A stretch of 64,000 bases of DNA. It comes from Bacillota bacterium. Its GTDB lineage: Bacteria > Bacillota_I > Bacilli_A > RF39 > UBA660. The translations under genes and the position numbers were made by a program. The stretch's first letter is position 1. Every line of letters begins with the position of its first letter. The stretch is from NCBI GenBank assembly GCA_015059155.1, contig SVAX01000001.1, positions 26,247 to 90,246 on the forward strand, written 5' to 3'. Under the pieces are notes generated by a model. The model worked only from the letters and a program-made list of their open reading frames with translations. It was not told the origin of the DNA and did not search any database. Of the stretch, positions 36,520 through 45,027 are shown piece by piece.

Positions 36520-36605
36520 TGAAATCACCTAAGTTAATTGTATAGTTTTATTAGTAAATTATATTAACGTTGTATCGTTAAAATGGTTTAAAAAAAAGAA
36601 AGATG

Positions 36606-37151
36606 CTATATATATAGTGTCTCTTTCTTTTTGTTTTTATTCATTCTTTTATTTAAATTATATAATATAACTTCATGACTCTCTAATGATTTAGGTACAT
36701 CTATTATTCTTTGATTACTAGAACCTCTAAATTCTAAATCCATACTTTTTTTATCTAGTTCAAATTTACCATCTATAAGTACATCTATATTACTTAGAAA
36801 ATCTAATATATCTTTATTTCCTTTATTAAGTAATTCTTCAAAAGTAAATCCTGTATATGCCCATACATTCATACCTAATTCTTGAACTTTTTTAGCTAGT
36901 ATACTACACTCACGAGCTTGAAACATAGGATCTCCTCCTGAAAATGTAACACCATCTTGACCAGATAAATTTTCTAGTTCTTCTATTACATCTTCTATAT
37001 CTACTAAATCTCCTCCATTAAAATCATGAGTTTGCGGATTATGGCATTTATAACAATTATGAGAACAACCTTGAGTCCAAATAACAGTTCTTATACCAAG
37101 TCCATCTACTATACTATCTGTTTGTAAATCTGCAGCAAGTCTAATTTTCAT
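36606..37151 (-). CDS. nrdG: Anaerobic ribonucleoside-triphosphate reductase activating protein
   Basis: Radical SAM CSHNCYKCHNPQT. Its start overlaps the stop of the preceding small ORF (TAATG). Confidence 0.9.
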   Translation of the reverse strand: MKIRLAADLQTDSIVDGLGIRTVIWTQGCSHNCYKCHNPQTHDFNGGDLVDIEDVIEELENLSGQDGVTFSGGDPMFQARECSILAKKVQELGMNVWAYTGFTFEELLNKGNKDILDFLSNIDVLIDGKFELDKKSMDLEFRGSSNQRIIDVPKSLESHEVILYNLNKRMNKNKKKETLYI

Positions 37152-37321
37152 TATTTAGCACACTTACTAGTAGACATCAATTCTTTAACGCCAGTGTGTT
37201 TTACACGATCTTTTTCTTCTGCTCGTTTACCATTGTTGAAACGTTTAACATCTCCACTTAAGTATCCTGTAACTCTTCTAATTCTTTCGAATCCTACACC
37301 TTCACCAACTAATTTTTCCAT
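37151..37321 (-). CDS. Stand-alone glycyl-radical domain of class III ribonucleotide reductase (56 aa)
   Basis: My own translation: MEKLVGEGVGFERIRRVTGYLSGDVKRFNNGKRAEEKDRVKHTGVKELMSTSKCAK. RRVTGYL...FN.GK..E...RVKH is the NrdD C-terminal glycyl radical motif. It is preceded by GGAGGA and is in frame with nrdD, 4 codons after its TAA. Confidence 0.75.
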   Translation of the reverse strand: MEKLVGEGVGFERIRRVTGYLSGDVKRFNNGKRAEEKDRVKHTGVKELMSTSKCAK

Positions 37322-37333
37322 AATATATCCTCC

Positions 37334-39634
37334 TTAACATCCACATTGAAAGTTTTTAACTTCTTCAAGTGGTACTGAATCAAATTCTTTACGACCACAT
37401 CCTGGACAAACATCACCAATTACCCCTACATATCCACAAACTGGATCTCTATCTACTGGATGGTTAATTGCACCATAACCAATTCCAACTTCTTTCATTG
37501 TTCTAATTACACTTTCAAATGCATCCACATTCATAGCTGTATTTCCATCAAATTCAATATAAGAAATATGTCCTCCATTTGTTAAGTTATGATATGGAGC
37601 TTCTGTTTCAAGTTTATGTTTGATAGAAGTATTATAATAAACTGGAACGTGGAATGAATTTGTATAGTAACCTCTATCAGTTACACCTTTAATTTTTCCA
37701 TAGATTGCTCTATCTATGTTTACAAATCTTCCTGATAATCCTTCTGCTGGAGTAGCTATTAAAGTAAAGTTTAAATTATAATCTTTAGAAAACTCATTGG
37801 CTTTTTCTCTCATAAATCCAATTATTTCAAGACCTAATTTTTGAGCTTTTTCTGACTCACCATGGTGTTCTCCAATTAAAGCTTTTAAAGTTTCAGCAAG
37901 TCCTATAAAACCTAAAGTTAAACTACCATGTTTTAATATTTTTCTCATTCTATCTGTTGGTTTTAATTTATCTCCATCTGTCCAAACACCTTGTTCAATT
38001 AAGAATGGGAAGTTATAACATCTTTTATTACATTGAATTTCAAATCTTTCAAGTAATTGATCCCTAACAAGTTCCATAGTCTCTCCAAGTTCTTTATAGA
38101 AACCATCCATATCTGCTTTAGTTCTTTCTTTTAAACAAATACCATGTTTAATAGCTATTCTAGGTAAATTTATTGAAGTAAATGATAAGTTACCTCTTCC
38201 ACCTGTTGTTTGATTATTTAAATCAGTTACATCACTCATAACACGAGTTCTACAACCCATATAACCTACTTCTGTTCTATAATCTCCTGGTTTATAGAAT
38301 TCTAAATTAAACGGAGCATCTAAAAATGAGAAGTTTGGAAATAATCTTTTAGCAGATACTTCACAAGATAATCTAAAGATATCATAGTTTGGATCTTCAG
38401 TATTAAAGTTAACTCCTTCTTTAACTTTAAATATTGATACTGGGAATATTGGAGTTTCTCCTTTTCCTAATCCTGCATCTGTAGCTTTTAAGAAGTTAAG
38501 TGAAACCATTCTTCCTTCAGGAGATATATCTGTACCAAAGTTAATAGATGAGAATGGTACTTGCGCTCCTGCTCTAGAATGCATTGTATTTAAGTTATGA
38601 ATAAATGCTTCCATAGCTTGATAAGTTAACCTATCTGTTTTAGCTAGTGCTTTTTCATATGCTTTAGTAAATAATCTTTCTATTTGTTCTGATTCTTTAT
38701 ATATAGGTTTAAATATTTCTATACTAAAATTAATACTTTCTAATTTATCTATTTCACGAGCTACTCTATCCATACTTATATGAGAAAGTAATCCTTCTAA
38801 ATCAAGATAATCACTTATTTGTTGTTTAAATTGTTTTTTAAATGTCATAAGTACTCCAGGTGCCATAAAATAATCAAATGCAGGAATACTTTGTCCACCG
38901 TGTTGATCATTTTGATTTGCTTGAACAGCTATAGCAGCAAGAGCACTAAAAGATGCTATATCTTTAGGTGGTCTTAAATAACCATGACCTGTTGAAAAAC
39001 CTTTTTTAAATAATCTATCAAGTTCTATTTGCATACAAGTTGTAGTTCCCATTGCAAGGAAGTCCATATCGTGAATATGTATTTCTCCATTATCATGAGC
39101 ATCAGAAAATTTTTTCTTAACAAGATATGCTTTTGCAAATTCTTTTGATACAGTTGAACCATATTGAAGCATAGTTCCCATTGCTGTATCTCCATCTACA
39201 TTTGCATTTTCTCTTTTTGTATCATCTTCTGAAGCTGATTTAAGACCTAATCCTTCAATAGTTTTTAAGAATTTATGCATTCTTTTATCATCTATAAACA
39301 TTTCTCTTGATTGAGCTCTTCTATCTCTATATTCAGCAAAAGATACATATACTTCTTCATAACCTTTTTTCTTTAAAGATACTTCTATTAAATCTTGAAT
39401 TTCTTCTATTTTTATTTTATCAGTATAATTTTTCTCTATTGCTTTTATTACTTCATTATATACTTTAGTAATATCTTTATCATCATACTTATACTTTCCT
39501 GTTTCTTCATCTTGTTCATTTACACTGTCAAAACCTTTTTTAATAGCTAAAGCTATTTTTGTACCATCAAAATCAACTTTTTTACCATTTCTTTTGACTA
39601 CTACTAATTCTAATTTTTCTTCTACCTCTGTCAT
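37334..39634 (-). CDS. nrdD: Anaerobic ribonucleoside-triphosphate reductase, large part lacking the glycyl-radical tail
   Basis: N-terminal ATP-cone (VVKRNGKKVDFDGTKIALAIKKGF), the class III RNR core, and a C-terminal Zn ribbon (CPGCG ... CGC) followed immediately by TAA. I place the start at the ATG at 39634. Confidence 0.85.
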   Translation of the reverse strand: MTEVEEKLELVVVKRNGKKVDFDGTKIALAIKKGFDSVNEQDEETGKYKYDDKDITKVYNEVIKAIEKNYTDKIKIEEIQDLIEVSLKKKGYEEVYVSFAEYRDRRAQSREMFIDDKRMHKFLKTIEGLGLKSASEDDTKRENANVDGDTAMGTMLQYGSTVSKEFAKAYLVKKKFSDAHDNGEIHIHDMDFLAMGTTTCMQIELDRLFKKGFSTGHGYLRPPKDIASFSALAAIAVQANQNDQHGGQSIPAFDYFMAPGVLMTFKKQFKQQISDYLDLEGLLSHISMDRVAREIDKLESINFSIEIFKPIYKESEQIERLFTKAYEKALAKTDRLTYQAMEAFIHNLNTMHSRAGAQVPFSSINFGTDISPEGRMVSLNFLKATDAGLGKGETPIFPVSIFKVKEGVNFNTEDPNYDIFRLSCEVSAKRLFPNFSFLDAPFNLEFYKPGDYRTEVGYMGCRTRVMSDVTDLNNQTTGGRGNLSFTSINLPRIAIKHGICLKERTKADMDGFYKELGETMELVRDQLLERFEIQCNKRCYNFPFLIEQGVWTDGDKLKPTDRMRKILKHGSLTLGFIGLAETLKALIGEHHGESEKAQKLGLEIIGFMREKANEFSKDYNLNFTLIATPAEGLSGRFVNIDRAIYGKIKGVTDRGYYTNSFHVPVYYNTSIKHKLETEAPYHNLTNGGHISYIEFDGNTAMNVDAFESVIRTMKEVGIGYGAINHPVDRDPVCGYVGVIGDVCPGCGRKEFDSVPLEEVKNFQCGC

Positions 39635-39663
39635 ATATATACTCCTATTCTTTCTACAGTTTA

Positions 39664-39692
39664 AGTATATCATTCACATGTTTTATAGTCAA
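39664..39692 (-). promoter_or_regulatory. Promoter of nrdD
   Basis: On the minus strand: TTGACT, a 17-nt spacer, then TATACT. Phased A-tracts lie immediately upstream. Confidence 0.5.
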
Positions 39693-39850
39693 TAGATTTT
39701 TAGTGAAATTTGAAAAATATTTTTTTCTGGTTTTTTAGTTTTTTAATTTTTTTGTTTTGATTTTTTATATAAACCCTTATTTTATAAAGGTTTGCTGTTT
39801 TTAAAAAAACAAAAAAAGTGAATTTTTGCAAAAAACACTTTTTTACATTT

Positions 39851-41236
39851 TTATATTTTTTTGATTTTTATATCAAAATAAAATTTAGTTCCACTACCTT
39901 TTTTACTCTCTACTCCATAGTTAAAGTTGTGCAGTTTTAATATATCTTTCACTATCGAAAGACCAAGCCCTGTTCCATAAGTAACTCGTTTATATCTTTT
40001 ATCTACTTTATAATACTTATCCCATATATATTTAATATCTTTTTCATCTATTCCATTACCAGTATCAATAATCTCTACTCTAACTATATCATTAATTTTA
40101 AATAATTTAACATAAACTTTTTTATCTTCACCAGTATAATTAATCGCATTGTTAATTAAATTATAGATTGTTTGCTGCATCTTCTTTTTATCTGCAGTGA
40201 TATCTATATCAAATCCTTCATAGTTAATTATATATCCATCTTTTTCACATAATATTTCGAATTTATTTATTATTTCTTTTATAAGCCCATTTAAATTAAA
40301 TTTTTCTAAATTTAATTCAACTGATTTGGATTGTATTTTAGATAAATCAAGTATATCTTCAACAAGTAAATTTAATCTATCTACCTCTTCTATAATTGTA
40401 TTTAAATTTTTTTCTCTTTTTTCTTTATTTTTATATGTTAAATCTTTAACCATTTCAGCGTTAGCTTTTATTAACGTTAAAGGCGTCTTTAAATCATGAG
40501 ATACATTAGCCATTAGATCCCTTCTTAATTCTTCTGTTTTAGAAAGTTCTATAGCCATTTCGTTTAATGATTCTTCTAATTCTGTTATCTCTGTTATATC
40601 TGAATTACTACCAAATACTACATCATAATTTCCTTTACTTATTTCTTTACTAGCTTTATTTATTTTTTCCATAGGTTTAGATATTTTTTTTGATATTATA
40701 TTCCCTATTAAAAGAGCTAATAATAAAACTATTATCATAATCTGTATTAATTGTCTTTTTAATACTGATACAGTTGAACCAATAGGTTCTAGTGATGTAC
40801 TTATAAATGCATAAGTACCATCTTCTATTTTTACTCCATATATTAATGTTTTATTTTTAAAATTAGGATGAATTACTTTATAAGTTATAGATTTTTTATC
40901 ACTTAACATAAACTCTAACTTATAGTTATTTATTTCTCTACTATTTATTAAACATCCCCTAGTCGCACTATCTGTGGAATATGCTATACTATTATTTTCA
41001 GTAATCTCTATACATACATCTTTATCAAATGAAAGTTTATTTAATTGTTCAGAATAATCGCCACTAGTATAAGTTTTTGATACTATAGTAGCTATATCTT
41101 TAATCTCACTTTTTTTACTTAATTCATAATATAGATCAAGTGATAATATTTGTAAAAACCATATGCCACATATAATTACTATTGCAAATATAAGTAAATA
41201 AAACCATACTTTATTTTTTAACTTACTTTTCTTCAT
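39851..41236 (-). CDS. Two-component sensor histidine kinase
   Basis: Two TM segments, HAMP, HisKA (SHDLKTPLT), and an HATPase with N, G1 and G2 boxes (NAINYT, DTGNGI, GTGLGLS). Confidence 0.85.
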   Translation of the reverse strand: MKKSKLKNKVWFYLLIFAIVIICGIWFLQILSLDLYYELSKKSEIKDIATIVSKTYTSGDYSEQLNKLSFDKDVCIEITENNSIAYSTDSATRGCLINSREINNYKLEFMLSDKKSITYKVIHPNFKNKTLIYGVKIEDGTYAFISTSLEPIGSTVSVLKRQLIQIMIIVLLLALLIGNIISKKISKPMEKINKASKEISKGNYDVVFGSNSDITEITELEESLNEMAIELSKTEELRRDLMANVSHDLKTPLTLIKANAEMVKDLTYKNKEKREKNLNTIIEEVDRLNLLVEDILDLSKIQSKSVELNLEKFNLNGLIKEIINKFEILCEKDGYIINYEGFDIDITADKKKMQQTIYNLINNAINYTGEDKKVYVKLFKINDIVRVEIIDTGNGIDEKDIKYIWDKYYKVDKRYKRVTYGTGLGLSIVKDILKLHNFNYGVESKKGSGTKFYFDIKIKKI

Positions 41237-41885
41237 ATTTATATCCTATACTTCTTACAGTAGTTATTAAATTTCTATATTCACCTAAACCATTTCTTAA
41301 CATTTTTATATGTGTATCTATTGTTCTATCATCTCCATAAAAATCATATCCCCATATTTTACTAAGTAAAGTTTCTCTTGATAAAGCAATACCTTTATTT
41401 TGTACAAAGTATACTAATAATTCATATTCTTTTGGTGTTAATTTTACTTCTTCATCATTTATAAGTACATTATGGCCTAAATAATTTATTTTTAAATTCT
41501 TATAAATATATTCATCATTATTTGTTTTATTTCTACCAGTTACTACTTTAATACGAGCCATTAATTCTTTAGGACTAAATGGTTTAGTAACATAATCATC
41601 TACTCCTAAATCAAAACTTTGTAGTTTGTCGAATTCATCAGCTCTAGCCGATAGCATTATTACTGGTATATTATATGTCTCTCTTATTTTTTTTAATGTT
41701 GTATAACCATCCATTTTAGGCATCATTATATCTAGCACTATAACATCTACATCATTATTTTTTTCTAACTTTTCTAAAGCCTCTATTCCATTACTTGCTT
41801 CTAAAGTAGAATATCCTTCACTTATTGAATATTCTTTTATAACTTCTCTTATACCCTTTTCATCATCTACTATTAATATTTTCAT
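41223..41885 (-). CDS. OmpR-family response regulator
   Basis: Receiver domain (ILIVDDE, DVIVLDIMMPKMDG) plus a winged-helix output domain (LTPKEYELL). Confidence 0.9.
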   Translation of the reverse strand: MKILIVDDEKGIREVIKEYSISEGYSTLEASNGIEALEKLEKNNDVDVIVLDIMMPKMDGYTTLKKIRETYNIPVIMLSARADEFDKLQSFDLGVDDYVTKPFSPKELMARIKVVTGRNKTNNDEYIYKNLKINYLGHNVLINDEEVKLTPKEYELLVYFVQNKGIALSRETLLSKIWGYDFYGDDRTIDTHIKMLRNGLGEYRNLITTVRSIGYKYEEK

Positions 41886-41979
41886 AAAACACCTCTAATT
41901 TTATTATACATTATAATGTGTACTTTTAATGAAATTTTTAATTTAAAATAAGAAAAAAACAATCTTTCGATTGCCTTAT

Positions 41980-42843
41980 TTAATTTTGATTATATTTTTG
42001 ATTAAATCTTTCTATTTGACTTTTTCTTTTTACTTTACCATTTTCTTCTTTAACCATATAATTTAAATCTACATGTGGTATATTATCGTTTCCTCTTACG
42101 GGACAAATAGTAATTAAATCAGTTGAATCGTGCAAACAAATTACTTTAAAATAATCAACTAATCTACTATCAACTCTACCACAATTAGAATATTTAAATA
42201 CATATGTGTCATCAAAAAAACCATATAATAATTTTTTATTTGATGGAATATATTTTTTTATTTCTTCTAATACTTCCTCAATAGGAAAATTTGGTTCAAA
42301 AACATTAGAATTTGGTTCTATAGAATTATCATTATATTCTGCTAAATGTTTCTTTATGTGATCTAAAAAATCTTGTTCATCATATTTTGTTATTTGTCTA
42401 AATAAATATGAATTAGAATCTCTTTTTTCAACATCCAAATTACCAAGTTGTTTTTCTGTATAAAACCATACAGTATTAAAGTTTCTATCTTTTAATGGAT
42501 TAGGATTATTCTTATAAATATTATTTAATTCTTTATATCTTTTTTGATAAGACATTAGTTTTATTTTACAAAAAAATATGTTGTGCTCAAAAATTTTTGT
42601 TTTATCAAAATCTTTTATATTATCATCTTTTTTAAACTGTTCAACTATATAATTTAATTTTTTTTCAGCTAAATCTAGTTCACCTAATGTAATTAGATTA
42701 GAACAATAATAAGGGTATGCTGCATAATCTTTTGGGTATTTTTCTAAATACTGTTCATACAAGACTCTAGCAGATATTGGATCCATTTCAGCTAAATCCA
42801 AAGCTTGCTTAAATTCCCAAACATTAAAGTAAGTTTTAGACAT
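41980..42843 (-). CDS. Hypothetical protein (helical N-terminal half, possibly TPR-like)
   Basis: Long ORF with the local codon bias, an SD and a terminator. No family recognised. Confidence 0.5.
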   Translation of the reverse strand: MSKTYFNVWEFKQALDLAEMDPISARVLYEQYLEKYPKDYAAYPYYCSNLITLGELDLAEKKLNYIVEQFKKDDNIKDFDKTKIFEHNIFFCKIKLMSYQKRYKELNNIYKNNPNPLKDRNFNTVWFYTEKQLGNLDVEKRDSNSYLFRQITKYDEQDFLDHIKKHLAEYNDNSIEPNSNVFEPNFPIEEVLEEIKKYIPSNKKLLYGFFDDTYVFKYSNCGRVDSRLVDYFKVICLHDSTDLITICPVRGNDNIPHVDLNYMVKEENGKVKRKSQIERFNQKYNQN

Positions 42844-42885
42844 AATATTCTCCCTTCAAAACAATGATTATTATAATAATATTAT

Positions 42886-42912
42886 CAAAAAAAGTCAATC
42901 TTTCGATTGACT
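42886..42912 (-). terminator. Terminator downstream of tRNA-Gly
   Basis: AGTCAATC-GAAA-GATTGACT on the minus strand, followed by T7. Confidence 0.65.
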
Positions 42913-42924
42913 TGTAATTTCATA

Positions 42925-42999
42925 TGGAGCAAGTGACCGGGATCGAACCGGCATCCTAGCCTTGGCAAGGCCATATACTAACCATTGTACTACACCTGC
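42925..42999 (-). tRNA. tRNA-Gly (anticodon GCC), CCA encoded
   Basis: Manually folded cloverleaf: acceptor GCAGGTG/CACTTGC, D arm GTAC/GTAT, anticodon arm TGGCC-TTGCCAA-GGCTA, and T arm GCCGG-TTCGATC-CCGGT. Confidence 0.85.
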
Positions 43000-43053
43000 A
43001 TCAAAATAGTGATATATCAAATATACACTATTTTTTTTATTTTGTAAAGAGTT

Positions 43054-45027
43054 TTATTCACTTATTGTATCAAATTGTGAATTATATAATTCTGCATAAA
43101 ATCCATTTTTCTTAAGTAATTTATTATGAGAACCTTGTTCTACTATATTACCATCTTTCATAACAAGAATTAAATCAGCATTTTTAATTGTAGATAATCT
43201 ATGAGCAATTATAAAAGATGTTCTACCATGCGTTAATTTATCCATAGCTTTTTGAACTAATTCTTCTGTTCTAGTATCTACATTAGAAGTTGCTTCATCT
43301 AGTATTAAGAAAGGTGCATTTTCAATCATACCACGTGCAATTGTAAGTAATTGTTTTTGCCCTTGACTAATTGAATCATTTTCTCCTACTGTTGCATCTA
43401 ATCCACCAGGAAGCGTTTTAATGAAATGATCCACACCTACTGTTTTACAAGCTGCTAATATTTCTTCATCAGTGACATTCTTTTTGTTAAATTTAAGATT
43501 ATCTCTAATAGTTCCTTCAAATAGCCAAGTATCTTGAAGTACCATAACAAATAAATCATGAATATTTTCTCTAGTTAAATCTTTAGTTGATACACCATCT
43601 ATTAATATATCTCCTGAATTTATTTCATAAAATTTCATAAGTAAATTAACTAATGTAGTTTTTCCTGCTCCTGTTGGTCCTACTATAGCTATTTTTTGAC
43701 CAGGTTTAACTTTAACACTAAAATCTTTTATAATTGTCCTATTTTCATCATAACCAAACTTAACATTTTTAAATTCTATTTCACCCTTAACAGTTTCTTT
43801 ATTTAGTTTACTTTGTAATTTGCTTTCATTTGTCATTTCATTTTCATCAAGAAAATCAAATACTCTTTCTGAAGCAGCTGCTATTGACTGAAGTGAAGTC
43901 ATTGCTTGAGCTATTTGAGAAAGTGGATTTGTAAACATTCTAACATAAATCATGAATGCTACTATAACGCCAAACGTAATAACATTATTCATAACAAGTA
44001 GTGCGCCTACTACACATACTGCAACATATCCAAAGTTACCAACAAACATCATAATAGGTTGCATAATTCCACTTAGGAATTGACTCTTCCAATTACATTC
44101 ATATAATTTATTATTTAATTTATCAAATTCTTCATTTGCTTCTTTAGCCCCATTATATGCTTTTACTACATTATGTCCTGAATATATCTCTTCTATATGC
44201 CCATTTAAGTTTCCTAATTCTTCTTGTCTTTGTGTAAAATATTTTTGTGATTTACCTAAAATTTTACCCATCAAACTAAATCCTATCAAGCTTGCTAAAA
44301 TCGCAGTTATAGCCATAATCCAGTTAGTTATAAACATCATTACTATTGAGCCTATGAAAAGAGTTATGCTTGTAACAAGTGAAGTCAAACTATGATTCAT
44401 ATTTTGAGCAACTGAATCAACATCATTTGTAACTCTTGATAACACATCTCCTGTTTCATGTGTATCAAAATATTTTAAAGGTAATTTATTTATTTTTTTA
44501 CTTATACTACTTCTTAATTTTTTTGCAAATTTATTAGATATAGTAGTCATTATTAGTGATTGAATATAATTAAATAGTGCACTTATAAGATATAAACTAC
44601 CAAGGAATATAGCTATACTTTTTACTCTAGCCATATCTATTCTAGGTTTAACAATTTCATATATTGATTCTGGTAAATTATCAAAATCAGTATATATTTT
44701 ATTTGCATCTGATTCTTGATTTTGTGCAGCATCTAATAATTTTTTAAACTCTGCTTTGTCTTCATTACTAATACTAGTATCAGCCATTATATCTTGAATG
44801 ATTTCTTCGTTTAAATTAGGTTGTATTCCTAAAGTAATTGTATCAGTTAAACTTGATAGTTTATTAGGAGCAACCAACGAAAGAATCGCACTTACCATAG
44901 CAAGAACTAATGAAATAACCAAGAAATAACGCCATGTATTTAAACTATTAAATAATCTTTTTATAGAGCCTTTAAAATCTCTAGATTTTTCAGGTACTCC
45001 TCTATTTGGTCCCATTCCTCTAGCCAT
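43054..45027 (-). CDS. ABC exporter, fused permease/ATPase subunit (heterodimeric multidrug-type), second gene
   Basis: Six-TM ABC exporter domain, Walker A GPTGAGKTT, signature SQGQKQ and Walker B FLILDEATS. I place the start at the ATG at 45027 behind GGAGGAG. Confidence 0.85.
   Translation of the reverse strand: MARGMGPNRGVPEKSRDFKGSIKRLFNSLNTWRYFLVISLVLAMVSAILSLVAPNKLSSLTDTITLGIQPNLNEEIIQDIMADTSISNEDKAEFKKLLDAAQNQESDANKIYTDFDNLPESIYEIVKPRIDMARVKSIAIFLGSLYLISALFNYIQSLIMTTISNKFAKKLRSSISKKINKLPLKYFDTHETGDVLSRVTNDVDSVAQNMNHSLTSLVTSITLFIGSIVMMFITNWIMAITAILASLIGFSLMGKILGKSQKYFTQRQEELGNLNGHIEEIYSGHNVVKAYNGAKEANEEFDKLNNKLYECNWKSQFLSGIMQPIMMFVGNFGYVAVCVVGALLVMNNVITFGVIVAFMIYVRMFTNPLSQIAQAMTSLQSIAAASERVFDFLDENEMTNESKLQSKLNKETVKGEIEFKNVKFGYDENRTIIKDFSVKVKPGQKIAIVGPTGAGKTTLVNLLMKFYEINSGDILIDGVSTKDLTRENIHDLFVMVLQDTWLFEGTIRDNLKFNKKNVTDEEILAACKTVGVDHFIKTLPGGLDATVGENDSISQGQKQLLTIARGMIENAPFLILDEATSNVDTRTEELVQKAMDKLTHGRTSFIIAHRLSTIKNADLILVMKDGNIVEQGSHNKLLKKNGFYAELYNSQFDTISE

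Noticed and set aside
39674-39850. NrdR operator upstream of nrdD.
   Set aside because: I could not find any convincing 16-bp palindrome of the acaCwAtATaTwGtgt type on either strand. Only the A/T-tract phasing is reported.
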